Assembly: GCA_010405405.1 (NCBI GenBank)
Contig: MU004230.1
Span: forward strand, 2,080,627-2,144,626
Source of the DNA: Microthyrium microscopicum
Lineage: Eukaryota
Length of the DNA stretch: 64,000 bases
Reading direction: 5' to 3'
This document shows positions 1-12,501 of this stretch, piece by piece. Position numbers and translations under genes: made by a program. Under the pieces are notes generated by a model that searched no databases, had not been told where the DNA came from, and saw only the letters and a program-made list of their open reading frames with translations. Numbering within the stretch: position 1 is the stretch's first letter; each line of letters begins with the position of its first letter.

Positions 1-2
1 GC

Positions 3-782
3 ATGGACATGCTCGCTCAACCCCAAGAGAAACTAGAACTTCGCGCCCCCATCAAACCTTCTGTTATCGACGATGTTGCCCCACAGTGCATCGCATTCCC
101 CGCCTCAGATCCCACTTACTTTCTCGCCGGCACAGAAGAGGGAAGCATATACGCTTGTCACCGATATGAGCGCGCTGGTGCCAAAGCCGGCATCGATACA
201 CGCGTTCTTTATGCTGGCCACGCCGCTCCAGTACTCGCACTGGACTTCCATCCCGCACGCGGCCCTGTGGATCTGGGTGATCTGGTTCTCAGCGCCAGCA
301 TGGACTGGACCATCAAACTTTGGCGTGTCCGACCGCCAGCCACCCTCGGCGCAGCAGTCTCCGGCGCGCCGGCCGAACAAGGTCCGACAATCGACATTCC
401 ACGCGAAGACATTGTCTACGCAGCAGCCTGGTCACCCGTGCGCCCAGGTGTCTTCGCTGCCGTTGATGGTGCTGGCTGGCTGGAAGTCTGGGATGTCAAA
501 GCCGACGTAGAAGTACCAGTAGCGCGGGTGCAGCCAACGGCCGAGCAAGGGACCGCTTGGCCGAAGCGTAGTCTTAATAAGATTGCGTGGGAGCGCACAG
601 AAGGCAAGCGATTGGCGGTCGGCGGACTGGATGGCGTGGTAACCGTGTTTGAGGTTGGCAGTGAGCTGGGAGGGACGGAAGGGGCACGGTCGGACGAATG
701 GCAAGCGGTGAAGAAGGTTGTCAATCGGGCGGAGGCACAGTTGAGTGCCAAGTCGGTAGTGAGTAATGGCGATAGAAAGTAG
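3..782 (+). CDS. Cytoplasmic dynein intermediate chain, C-terminal WD40 part (5' end outside window)
   Basis: Starts DMLAQPQE; WD40 motifs FLAGTEEGSIY, GHAAPVLALDFHP, LSASMDWTIKLW, AWSPVRPGVFA, SLNKIAW typical of fungal dynein intermediate chains. Confidence 0.85.
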   Translation: MDMLAQPQEKLELRAPIKPSVIDDVAPQCIAFPASDPTYFLAGTEEGSIYACHRYERAGAKAGIDTRVLYAGHAAPVLALDFHPARGPVDLGDLVLSASMDWTIKLWRVRPPATLGAAVSGAPAEQGPTIDIPREDIVYAAAWSPVRPGVFAAVDGAGWLEVWDVKADVEVPVARVQPTAEQGTAWPKRSLNKIAWERTEGKRLAVGGLDGVVTVFEVGSELGGTEGARSDEWQAVKKVVNRAEAQLSAKSVVSNGDRK

Positions 783-1947
783 ATGGTGTAGTTGTGTGGT
801 GCTTTAGATACCCAAATCATATGCATGGCCAGCGAACGGTCTTTGACTACAACATTGAGATTTGTTCCATGTGATATCTAGATCACTGTAGAGTGGATTG
901 GTAGACTGTCAGCAGCTGCACGTCTATCTAATGATCTGCTAGTACAGAGAGAACCGCGGCAGTACTCTACATTGAGCGAGGAACTTAAAATCAAGAAGAT
1001 AGAAGTTCAATTCACCAGGGTATTATCAGCGCTCTGAGCCCGGCATATTTAACTATCTATAGAATATTTGACACTGGACATAAGATTTATGTTACAAGCA
1101 AGAGGCATTTAATAAGTAATTTCTATATATCGTTCTACCGAGTCATCAAATAAATAGAGCGGACATTGTTGTATTATTATTTTTGGAACGCGCGCTGTAT
1201 ATATTCAAAAACATGGCAATTTTCAAATATCTACTAACATTTAGGTACAATATAAGGGTGGCAATTGACGGTTATTATCTGATGTCTAATCTCGAACGAG
1301 TCAGATAGTACTAACCCGATGCGTAATTAAGAGACAACTCCCGCTCAAGTCTAACGAATAAATTTGTGGCAATGACAACCTCCAGGTTCGAGCCCCGTTT
1401 GCATCGTAAAATCAGTCGACTGATTTTCATAACCACACATCTTAGAGCTTCGCTCAGATGTGTGGTGAACTTTTTGCAATTTTTTTGGATTGAATATGGT
1501 CTGTTCTGGGTATGTGACCTCGGTGTGTGTTCAAGATTTCTTCTTGTGTTGACCAGTCTTTGTCTGCTTTCATGAGAGGGATACATGTGCACTACCTACT
1601 CTCAGTCGGGCACGTAACATCTACTTCAGTATAACCAGCTGCTAGGAAAACAGTATATCGCAGTACTTAAGTAATCCTCTTGGTAATTATAACCAGCTTT
1701 CTGCTCCCATGCATGAAAACAAAACACTGCAAAGGTAAGGAGACATCGTTGACTGTTCAGCCTTATCAAGTGAAAGTCAGCCTTGTACTAGAGCAAACTC
1801 GGTTTAGTTTGGTGCAAGGGAGGCAGCCATCATGCAACAGCCACATGCCTTAAAATCGGTGCTCGATGTCCTCTGCCTTCTTCAGTTCTCGCCTTTTGCA
1901 TCCTTCCTTCTCCATCTTTGCCGGTGACGGTGACCACACCTTTCAAA

Positions 1948-2952
1948 ATGGCGAATCCGCAACGACCTCCCCTTTTCCTCAACACTGGCCCTCCTTCACT
2001 CTCCCAACCACAAGCGGCTCCTCTACCCACAGCCATGCGACCTACTAATGGCCAAAACCCCGCCTCGACGACTCCGTACATACAACCACAGTCTCAACCG
2101 CCTCCGCGCCCACAAATACCAGCGGCACAGCACCCTCAGTATCCTCAACATCCCCAAACCCCTCATGTCGCCCCGCAACGACCCCGCCCATCATCACCCT
2201 CCGAAAGTCCCGCACCACCCCACTCCCCACTGACTCCAAAAGCTGTCGCCGCACAGCTCGCCACCATGACACCATACAACGCGCCTTCTGTCCTCGCACA
2301 AATGCCCGATCCCATCCCTATTGCCGAGAGCGACAATCCCGACGCGATAGCACTGCGCTCCGCCCTCATGATCCTACAACTCCAGCGCGAGACGGCCAAG
2401 CGCGACATGACCACGCTCACAGCTTTGCGCGCCGAAGCCACTCGGGATCCCGAAGGTTACGTTAAGGAGCTCGTGCGGCGTCAGCGCGAAACAGAACGCA
2501 ATGGTGGTGCGCCGGACCTGCTTGCGCCGACGCTCGAGTATCTGGTCAAAGGACTTGGCAAGGACGCGGAGCTGTTGCGAGTGGACGAGGAGATGGCGAC
2601 GGCAGGAAGTGCCGATAAAGGCAAGGAGCGTGTGAAAGATGAAGGTAGTGATAGCGAGGAAGAGACGAATGCGAGGCAGAGCAAGTTTGCGGCGCCACCA
2701 AAGGCTCAAAACATCTTCAGGATGCCGCCTGTGAACTGGGCAAAATACCATGTTGATGGTACAGCACTGGATCATCTACATGAAGATCAGAGGGCGAGGC
2801 CAATGCCTGGTGTGCCGGCATTACCTGGACAAGAGGGCGGCCGCGCAGAGCCGTATCTCATGGCTGGACCGTATCAGCCTGTGATAGATGCTGAGCGGTT
2901 GGGGGCGTCCGAACACCCAATGAAGACGAGAAGAGGGCATCTGAAGAAGTGA
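1948..2952 (+). CDS. Conserved fungal hypothetical protein (Pro/Gln-rich N-terminus)
   Basis: Long ORF, ATG in CAAAATGG context at 1948; protein-like blocks NPDAIALRSALMILQLQ and QNIFRMPPVNWAKYHV. Confidence 0.7.
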   Translation: MANPQRPPLFLNTGPPSLSQPQAAPLPTAMRPTNGQNPASTTPYIQPQSQPPPRPQIPAAQHPQYPQHPQTPHVAPQRPRPSSPSESPAPPHSPLTPKAVAAQLATMTPYNAPSVLAQMPDPIPIAESDNPDAIALRSALMILQLQRETAKRDMTTLTALRAEATRDPEGYVKELVRRQRETERNGGAPDLLAPTLEYLVKGLGKDAELLRVDEEMATAGSADKGKERVKDEGSDSEEETNARQSKFAAPPKAQNIFRMPPVNWAKYHVDGTALDHLHEDQRARPMPGVPALPGQEGGRAEPYLMAGPYQPVIDAERLGASEHPMKTRRGHLKK

Positions 2953-3278
2953 TTACATGAACATCTCCGGTATACTAGGTATTCAATCTTCTTCCCGATT
3001 TAAGCATTACGGTACACGAATATTTACGAATTACAAGCGGTTGTTTGGACGGTAACGAACAGCTCTTCACGACCTATATACTACTGCTGACCTTGAATGA
3101 TAGAGCATTAGCGTTGGTTAGCAAGAGTCGTACTTGGGCTTGAAAAGCATTAGCATAAAAGGAAACCCAGATTTCATGGTAATCAATTCATTTCATTATC
3201 CAAAGCATTTCATGGGTATACAGCTATCTAAACACAAGAAAAGGATTCGCTCCACCAAAACACCAAGCATCTGTCTTC

Positions 3279-4484
3279 CTAGCCATGCTTGGGCACCCTC
3301 TTCTTCTTGCGACCAGCACAACAAGTAAAGCTACCCAGAATGCTCGCAATGAACAAACACCCTGTAGCAGCCCAAGTCAGGCCCAAGAATCCATCTCCCC
3401 TCGTACTAACCACACCAATGACCGTCGCCAGATCCTTGACCGCATTGTCAACCATGACCGCCGCAGCCGTCACGATAATAGAGACTATAGCGGCCACGAC
3501 GAAGCCCAGCAACGTCAGCACAACCAACCCAGTCCCAGTCACAATCCTCAACTTTTCTGGCCAAATAACCGCAATCAGACTAACCAACGCCGCCAGTCCC
3601 GCAAAGATAATAACAATCACATACAGCCACATCGTCGCATTCAGCAACCCTTCCGCCTTCCGCACCTCATCATCCAACTTTGTCGGCCAATGAATCGTAT
3701 CCAGCGTAACGTTCACCTTGGACAGCCCAGTCTTGTTCAATATCGCCTGCACCGTATCGCCTGGCACCCAGTGGAGATACTGCTCGCACTCTGTCACATT
3801 GCGCTCGATTTTGCTCAATGGATAGGTGGCGTTGGGTACTTCGGTGGGTGTATATTGGCCACTACAGTAGTCTTTGACATGGTACATGTAAAAGTCCTGG
3901 AGGCCAACTTCCTCTGCATACTGCCTAATCACTTTTTCCGCGAGCGCAAATGCTGCGGCGGGGTCAGTGAGGGCTGTGAAGACACCGTTTGCGGCGCCGG
4001 TGATGGAGGTTATTATGCTGCCGGTCTTGTTCTTGAGGTCGTCGATTAGGCCGCGCTCGTCTAGAAGGTTGCGTTCGTGCAGGTAGGCTAGTTCATGGGG
4101 TTGGAGGGAGGGTATGTCGGCGTCGGTGAGGATGTCTTCGAGACGGAGGGGTTGCCAGTCGTTGGTGCTGGTGAGATCGCGTTTGGAGGAGCTGGAGCTG
4201 ACGATGTTTTTGAGGAGGGTGTTTAGGATGGAGAGGAGTTTGGTTTTGTCGTTTTGGAAGGTGGTTTTTACTTGGAGGAGGATATTTTCGCCGATACGGG
4301 AGGTGTTTAGCTGGGCGAATTGTTAGATAGTGTTGTTGGATTGGTTACGGAGAAGACTTACTGCTATGATGGAGTAGTTTGGTGTGTCCATGAAGCCTGG
4401 TTTGTTACCGGCGTATATGCAGAGAAAGGCGAGGATGAATGCGACGGTGCATAGCACCAGCGATGAAATCGCCGCGATTCTCAT
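3279..4484 (-). CDS. SUR7/PalI family tetraspan membrane protein (2 exons, intron 4361-4311)
   Basis: Exon 1 MRIAAISSLVLCTVAFILAFLCIYAGNKPGFM; exon 2 starts LNTSRIG; GLQDFY..H...YC.G motif; three further TM helices; GTAAGT...CAG intron. Confidence 0.85.
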
Positions 4485-5723
4485 AATGTCGATTGAATAC
4501 TAGTATATCCAAGGTTTCGATCAAAGAGGATAACAATTCGTTAAGTATCAAAAGTTAGGGGCGAGGTTTCGATATAAATTGTTGGCGCTGCAAACAACGA
4601 TGGTGGAGTCCACAGAATAAGCCACTCGGGCAAGCGTGTATCAAGTGAAGCCAATGTCAATGTTGAAACTGATTGTTCAAGTGAATCAATAGGGGCGGCA
4701 GGCAGCTAGGTAATTCAATGGCAGACAATCAAGTTATGAAGGTCAATCACCCAGGCAGCATACATCCCTCTTTATTAATGTCCAAGTCACTCAGTCAAAC
4801 AGATTCAACATGGCCAACCTGGTCTCAAAGCGCCAGCATTCCAGCCAGTCTCTTTCGTCGCCATGGCTGCCTCTTGGTCCACGCGATCAACACTGCAGAC
4901 GCGGTACTCACACAGCCACATTGGAAGACAAGAAAATAGCAGGTCAAGACCCCGCGAAAGAAGAAATATGAGGGTTTTCCAAGTTTTCTGGATGTCAGTC
5001 TGCAGGGCCAGCCGCTTGTCGTTTGCGACTGGAGGTGGTGGTTGGAAGGTAGAGGCGTTGATTGGTTGGACGCCACGTCATTCCTGCAAGAGGCTGGAGC
5101 CACTGACAGTTGAGTTTTGGGTCAAGAAATCACTGGCGAAGCGCGGGATCAAACGGTTAGCGCGATTATGATCGTTCGTTACCAAAGGACTGTGTCTTGG
5201 TAGTTGAAGTTGAGACTTGGGGATGTTTGAGGCTTTGTTCTGTTTTTGGTGAAACATTCGGGAGCATCCGTAGATTAGTTCTTCTAGACAAAGATTTTGA
5301 GGCAGCTATCCCTCTGGTAATGGGAGATATTGATGTATACTATTAAGTATGAATCGTCAAACTAAATGAAAAAGCAGATTATGATGGGATATTGAAAAAA
5401 TTATCTAGTTGACTGTGATACTAACAGAATTGATACAATTACGTGTTTGTGGCGTAGGCCGTGGCTTTATGAAGCTTGAGCACCTGGGCATCTTATATCA
5501 AGAACAAAAGCAATATGGACACTCAAGACACTTCAATATAAAAAACTTCGATACTTAGTAATATACTATCATAGATATAGCATACTACATAACTCTCTTA
5601 TGATCGAATCTTTCAAATATTGTGCTACCCATCGTCCAGCCTAGTCAAAAAGAAATCATCACGATCAGACATGATGATTCCAAAAAAGGAAACCATGCGT
5701 TTAACATAGAAAGTGTTCGATTT

Positions 5724-5817
5724 TGCGGTTGCCATGAATCGAACATGGGTTATATCGGACTTGAAGAGAGTAAACTCGCTCCACAACGATAGGTCTTAAC
5801 CACTGGACCACAACCGC
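5724..5817 (-). tRNA. tRNA-His(GTG) with 22-nt intron (5780-5759)
   Basis: Minus strand folds: acceptor GCGGTTG/CAACCGC, D-loop AGTGGTTAA, anticodon stem TATCG/CGATA around TT-GTG-G, intron after position 37, T-arm CCATG-TTCGATT-CATGG; T6 run about 37 nt downstream. Confidence 0.92.
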
Positions 5818-6125
5818 GCAGGGTAGTGGTACTGGATGAGTAACTAATCCACTAGTGACAAAAATGTGCCAGAATTTGGAGTTGATTCAGTCACAATTTC
5901 AAGCATAATTTTCGCCGTTATCGTAAATATGCAATCCACAGATTTCCGCAGCAATTGAACGTATTTCTCACGATAATAGCAAAGATTTCACTTCCAAGCG
6001 TTAGGTTTTGTTGCTGCTAATTCTACATCATAGTCGACTTATTCATTGGGGGGGATCAGCTCTGCAAACAGAAGAATATACTGAAAATCGTATATTATCA
6101 ATCCGAAATGAGATATAATAGGACA

Positions 6126-6474
6126 TTAATGACCGTCCCTGTTCTTTCCAGTGATAGCCTTTTCCAGATCTTTGAAAGCATCTGATATTTGAAGTCCAGT
6201 ATCCTTCACTCCTTTACCGATTACATCCCCAACAACCACAAAGGCATGGCCCACTTCTTTGCCCAATTGATCAAGTGTGTTTCCACTTGCTTTCCAATTC
6301 GGTCCGTCGGCGGTATGGAGATTTTGATTCGCCTATCCAAGAGTGGGGAATTATGTTAGAATATTGGATGGGCATATTGGTCGCATAGAAGCATATCTCA
6401 AGTTGATAAACGGGCTGCGCAGATATCAGTGCGGACAAGCTCAATAGTTGGAAGATGGCATGATTCGGCTTCAT
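6126..6474 (-). CDS. Small secreted protein (about 90 aa, 2 exons inferred)
   Basis: Signal-peptide-like MKPNHAIFQLLSLSALISAQP; CTAAC branch and TAG acceptor at 6333; exon 2 open as ANQNLHTADGPNWK...KNRDGH*; donor ambiguous (6411 or 6396). Confidence 0.5.
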
Positions 6475-7194
6475 TGTAACTTTGGAAGCTGGATATCAAG
6501 AGTCCTGGATCAGAGATAAATTCGTCTTAACTTTATATGCAATGGCTGTCCCCACACTTGTCTTTGGGGATGCCGTTAGGGTATGCATGTCAATCATCGT
6601 GGCTGAGTCTTTCCGACTAAGGTATTCAGAGTTAGATATACACTTCTAGGGCATATTAATTATGTGCTTACCTTTCTTAACCTTTATAGATTCGTGTAAC
6701 TCCAGTCTTCTTTGTATGACACCCCCTCGACTCGAGATATCGCGTGGTTTTACGCAATGAACAACACATATCATTGCAGTATCTACTGTGAGGACTATCC
6801 TTTCTCTTTAATGCCTGATTAACTCCTATGTATCCCATTGTGATCTGTTTCTCATCATGGAAGCCTGCGTAGAAGACGCCATCTTCTGGTATATCAACTA
6901 CCTCGCTTAAAAATGTGCATTGTTCGACCATAACAGTCTCTGGTCCGCCAACAGGCTAGAAGATGTACTTCCCCATTGAACAGGCATAATTGCGATCTTT
7001 TCCGTGTATTGTGCCTCTTCAGTTAAAGCAGGATGACAGCATGCACTCTATAATGATAAGAAATTCAAAGTATCATGCACCGCCCGCTGAGATGTTTGTA
7101 TGAGGATTAAAGCATAATATTAAGATTGAACAAGGCTCATTATATCAAGTGCTGACCAGGAAATATAAGAAGACAGCCACGCGTACAAGTCAAG

Positions 7195-8160
7195 TCATAG
7201 TTCTTCATGACTTATATATCTTTGAGGAATTATGTGTGGGCTGAACAAATGAGGCTCATCAACCTGCAATTTTGAGAGGTATGCAGCGCCAATAGCTCCA
7301 ACCCACTCATAGGCAATATCGTCGTGAATCAAATTTTGGTGGTCCGGAAGTAGGTCCTCCAAGATTGTCCTAAGCCTCTTCATGTACAACTGATCGGCCT
7401 CGCCAGCTATTACAATAGAGGATAGCCCTTGTAGCTTGTAGCTTATGCTCTTGCTAGCCAGGTTGTCAGATATGAAGTCTTTCATCATCTTCGTCGCAAA
7501 CTCGGCCCATTGTTGGCCACCTTCAGCCTTCGAGTCTGCACCGAGAGCCAGAGATAGGGTGCGATTTTGAATTAACAAAGTGTGTACACCTACTTCGGCA
7601 AATGAGATTTGCAGATGATGCGGGTTAAGATCCAAGAAAAGCATGTAATGCCCGTTGTCAAGATCGCAACTCTTGGAATCCAGTCTTATGTTTTCGCAAG
7701 AGTTGAGTTCATAGGCCAGACGCATTGCGCGCGTCAGACCTAGGATTTGAAAGTAGTCCAAGTAAGAGTCTGGTAGTGCTTTCCCAGCTGCGTTGCACAC
7801 GTCTTCACGTGGTTGGTGAAAATCCGGCACGGTAATGCCGGTAATCTTGGGTGTTGCACTGGGCTTTAGCAGCTTACTGGTTGCGAGACGGATCGTTTCG
7901 ATAGCGTTGAAAAGAATCTCTCGGGATGTATCGGTGGTGCTTGTTTGCTGATGGTTCTGATCTTTGAGCGCCAGGGATTTCATGTACTCTTGATAATCCA
8001 GGCTTCCGGGAACACTGGCCAGAGTTCTGGGGTTGCCATCAGTCGAAATATATGCAGAAGTCAGGTTGAATAACCCAAGGTGGATACCGATAGGTATGTC
8101 GAGGGCAATGGCTAAATGCACAGTTGTTATGACAACAAATGCAAATTGTCCAAACAGCAT
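7195..8160 (-). CDS. ER-targeted degenerate Hsp70/actin-fold-like protein
   Basis: Signal peptide; IGIHLGLFNLTSAY, ITVPDF, IVIAGEA, VGAIGAA resemble Hsp70 NBD motifs IGIDLG, ITVPAYF, LVGGS, AVAxGAA; ends HEEL. Confidence 0.6.
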   Translation of the reverse strand: MLFGQFAFVVITTVHLAIALDIPIGIHLGLFNLTSAYISTDGNPRTLASVPGSLDYQEYMKSLALKDQNHQQTSTTDTSREILFNAIETIRLATSKLLKPSATPKITGITVPDFHQPREDVCNAAGKALPDSYLDYFQILGLTRAMRLAYELNSCENIRLDSKSCDLDNGHYMLFLDLNPHHLQISFAEVGVHTLLIQNRTLSLALGADSKAEGGQQWAEFATKMMKDFISDNLASKSISYKLQGLSSIVIAGEADQLYMKRLRTILEDLLPDHQNLIHDDIAYEWVGAIGAAYLSKLQVDEPHLFSPHIIPQRYISHEEL

Positions 8161-8996
8161 GATGAGCTTTTTTAGAATAACGACAGTGTAGCAACAAGGT
8201 AGGTGTGGTTGTATGTGTATATGAAGCAGCCAGACGTATAGGCAAGTGAATAGAGGAAAGTTTTAAGACACAATCAACTGGGCCGTAGCTACAGTCTAAA
8301 GAGAGTGAGTGAAAGGCATCGTGCAGTAGAAAGCTTTTCAAAACTTAAAAAGGCAACATATGCCAATTTTGCGTTGGCGCCTAAATCTTGCTTAGCCGCC
8401 AACATGTACCAAGCACGATTCAAGACCTGTAGTTACCTCAGGCAATGGCGATAGGTACTTGATACTGTCTACTTACGCATGTTCGTTCTCGCCAATCCCA
8501 AGTGCATCAGACTGCGCCTCCCAACCCAACAGGTACAAGTACTTTGCCGCACCATCAAACTGCCGCCCACCTGTGCCACCCAACACGCTCAAGTTTTAGT
8601 ATGCCTTCCATTGACATTCATGATACAGTATCAAGAGTGGACTCATATGTCAGGATTACTACGCTAAGATCGTAATCACGGCCACCAATAGAATATACAT
8701 CGTGATAGCATCTGTAACGTGCCTGCAGCTATCTATTATTTTTGGAACTCCAGTTGATGTTGGGACATTCTCTGCGATACTTCAGAGTACCAATGACTGT
8801 CATTGTCGATGAGAAACCAACAAAATAGAGTATGTTGGACATAATACAACGTGCGCTTTCCATCGCCGTCCACATACTCCCTGATGGAGGACATGGAAAT
8901 ACCGAAGATTATATATAAACGTTGTCCATGGTGGAGACACATCAGTGCATCAATATTGTTACAGCTTTTTATACTCAACTTGAGATGTTGTTCAAA

Positions 8997-10490
8997 ATGA
9001 TCTCGATCAAACTTTACATTGCCATATCATTTCTTTCATCTTTCGTTATAGCGACCCCAATTCTACACAGAATAAAATCATTACTGAAACGCCAAAGTCA
9101 GCAATTAGACCCGGTTCGTGTATTCCCCGGCATTTTCTGGGACGAGGCCTACCAAACATGCACTACAGAAGAGCTGGATATTGTGGTTGAAGCAACACGC
9201 ATGGCTGATGAGATGATAAATGCTTTCCAGAATACGCAAGGATTTTGGGCTACGCCTGCTTGGAACCGCTACTTCGTTCGTGATTCAAGCGCTGCCGGCA
9301 AGACCAATTGGTATTCTAATGTAAGAAACCAAGATCTCTTCATTGATGTTATCAATGATATCAAGCAAGCATCCATGTTTCCCAAAAAGGGAAGGAAGCC
9401 AGCCCCGGATGGATCGCGTAGTCGTTTGAAGCAGGTAGGATACTCATGCAAAAGGCCGACTGGTGTTCTCGGTACAAAATGCGCAGCGGGCCCCAATTCA
9501 TTTGGAAAATGGTCAGGACCAAGTGCAGTGACTTGGTATCCTTCAGCAACCGACGGACATGGCTGGGCTATAGAGTTCTGCCCCAGATTCTTCCAAGCCG
9601 AAGGGGAACTACGGTACATTAACGACATTACCTCCAATCCCAAATCCGAGAAGAGCTTGCCAGGGATGCGGTCCTATGAATATGCCATTGCTCACGAATG
9701 GATGCACACTGGGATTTTTGGATTTCGATTGGCAATAAAAGACCTTAAGGAACCAGAGAACGACAACGACGTCTATGGTGACCAGGCATGCCATGATTTC
9801 GCATGGCTTAATATGGATGATCCTCATACTCCCGGCATCAATGAATATACAGCTTACAATGCCGATAACTATGCTTGGATGTTTCAGTACGCCTGGTTTA
9901 GAAACGCTTTAGGCTGGACATGTAAGCATACCTTGGCAGAAAGTGTATAACATACCCCGAATCGACTAACCATTCTTCCTAGCCGATGGCACGATGATAA
10001 GCAAAGATGTGGTATCATCTGATCCAGTAGACATTGGTGATCCTATCGATGACCCTGCTGATGGGGTCAAGATGTCTGACATCGATCTATCTCAAAGCAC
10101 TGGAATTCCAATCAATTGTCAACCCGGGCCTGGCAACGCAAACGACGGAAACCCTGAGACTAATACTTGGACGACTCAACTCACCTGCGCTTATGTTGGA
10201 GAGGACTATTCAGACTTTCTGAACGACGTGAAGGCGGAATTCACTTCCGATGGAGGCTGTACACTGAGGTATATTCTTTTTCCTTTTTTATTTCTATTTC
10301 GAACGCTAATGATGATGAAAGCGCTCAATGCAATCTTCCATTTGGAGATGGGAATGCAGTTGACCCGAACTGCGTCTGTTACTGCGACAAAGATATCAGT
10401 GGGGAGCGAGAGATCACGCCACTGAGAGATCCGCGCTGCGCTGGATTTGCTGGATCATTGCCAACCCCTAGATTGAAAGCGAGGCGGTAA
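8997..10490 (+). CDS. Secreted zinc metalloprotease-like protein (M35/aspzincin-like) with Cys-rich C-terminus; introns 9922-9982, 10269-10321
   Basis: Signal peptide then KR site; FCPRFF, AHEWMH (HExxH), DVYG, NADNY; three ORFs join in frame through GT-AG introns; alternative start at 8985. Confidence 0.75.
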
Positions 10491-11430
10491 AATTCACTGG
10501 AGGCGGGGAGACGTGGAAATGTTCATTTTCTGTAGCAGCAACAACTTGGCAGATATATGTAAAAATTATTTGCGGTTACAATAATCAACGCTCTTGCAAG
10601 ATAATATGTTGCACATCTCTTCGAGTTGCGGAATGAATCGTGTCCAGTAACTTTCAGCATGAAAGCCTTCAGTAAATCATATAGGCCTCCTTTGACCATT
10701 GAAATGGTTTTCAATTTTTCTTTATCTATCGCTCAATAGACTGTCATATAAGCTGACAATTGTAAGACTAAATCAATCCTCTTCCACAAACTATAATTGT
10801 ACTACAAGCCCAAGGGCCAAGGACCAATGATAGCAGAGGAATTTAAGTATTGACCCGCTAAATTAGCGCAGCCTCGTGGATGCCACGTGCGTAGATCAGT
10901 TTCAGCCTCATAAAACATCACTTCATCCCGATTTAAAAATATGCTCTCAGCTTCCGCTTGACTTCTGTTTATGAATGGCTTTTTTCGGTGCACTTACTAA
11001 GTTACTAGGCTGATTTGAGTTCAGAACGCGTTTGTATTTGTTCGCCACAATTGTTGGTCATGCTGCAACCTGCTGCAGAGCTTTGTCCAGTATGGTTAGA
11101 GTGAGCACTCTATGCTAGTGAGACTTGAAGCAAGTTTTGAGAGAGAAAGGTCCAAGTTTTAAGCACTGGCATAAAGATTGAATTAATACTAGCGCCGATA
11201 TTTTCTCCCAAAGCAATGATAAAGCTAACATAAATTGTCGACTCCCCTGGTAAATCCTCGCCCATATTGCAAAACAGCATGTTGTCGTGAAGTAACTGGT
11301 TCGCTCGCATAGAAGATCTTAAGTGGTACTATGTTACTATTATTCCTAGACCTATCAAGACCAAAACTCACATCTTACAATAGACCAATCGTAACGTCAC
11401 CCTTGACGCGTGCGTAAATTTCGACCTGCA

Positions 11431-11866
11431 CTACATCAGTCCAATTGTGACGTCTCCCTTTACGCGTGCGTATATTTCTACCTCAACTTCCAGATCCAAC
11501 TCAATCTTGATTTTGAGACTGCTGTCTTTCTCCGCAGGCTTTGGGGGTCGGTCCCGGATGCGGGATTGATGCACTGGGATCATTCGTCTTTTGCCTCTAG
11601 GCATGGGTGGAGGAGCACTTGGTTCGGAGACACTTCCTTCGTCGTATTCGTCATCGTAGTAATCTTCTTGGGGTGGTGGTTGTCGCGCAACTGCATTGTT
11701 GAGCTTTGCAGGCTTTTTGCGACCGCCAACTGGGTTGGGTGAGGCCGTTTCGTTGGATTCTCTATCCATGAGATCGGTGTTACCCGCTCTAAAGGATTGT
11801 GTGTTAGATGGTATTGCGCAACGTTTGGGAATTATCCAACAAGGTGTCGACCTACTCTTGAGACAT
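11431..11866 (-). CDS. Hypothetical protein with C-terminal alternating beta motif (2 exons)
   Basis: Exon 1 MSQE, GTAGGT...CTAAC...TAG intron; disordered acidic/Pro region then SSLKIKIELDLEVEVEIYARVKGDVTIGLM*. Confidence 0.75.
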
Positions 11867-12501
11867 TTTGGGTGCTCTGTGGTAACCGATGTTATCTATG
11901 TCTGCACGTCCAGATGGATATCGTGCTTTTGAAAATGGTTGATGAGTGAAGGGTATTGAAGAAGATGGAGTATTTGAGCAGCGGAATATACAACACTGCC
12001 AGCTATTTATCTTATTCTTGAGAATTAACTCTCGAAACATGACGCGCTTACACTGCACTCTAACAAGCCCAAAGCTCGGAGGCAACCCCGAGAAATCAAG
12101 TTTATTTTGAACCTATCCTTGTAAGTTCATGCAGCAAGGTTACGGTGGCGACTGTCGTGCTTTCAACATGCTTGCATAAGGGCTTATATATGAGGATAAA
12201 GCAGGATTTACCAAAGCAACCCATGAGAAAGATACCAGGTTCTTATTTTCACTCCAGTTTATCAATGGTTACTATTTTCCAAGGTAAATCCAAGCTCATG
12301 ACGTACCATGAAGGTCATATTCTAGCGTTTCGAGCTGTAGGATGCACGGGAAGAACGAGATCCGTGAATCATCTTTCCTTCAACAGCTATTCTCACTCCA
12401 CATTGACTGCTCCAAAACTTACTGGTCCAACAGTTGAGGGCCTTTAGGATTTCTTCCAGCCGCTCCCATCCTCCTCTTATTGCTTTCGTACCTCAAAAAC
12501 C

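Noticed and set aside
1040..1310. AT-rich patch, possible RIP relic
   Set aside because: No terminal repeats or coding relic found; could be ordinary intergenic DNA
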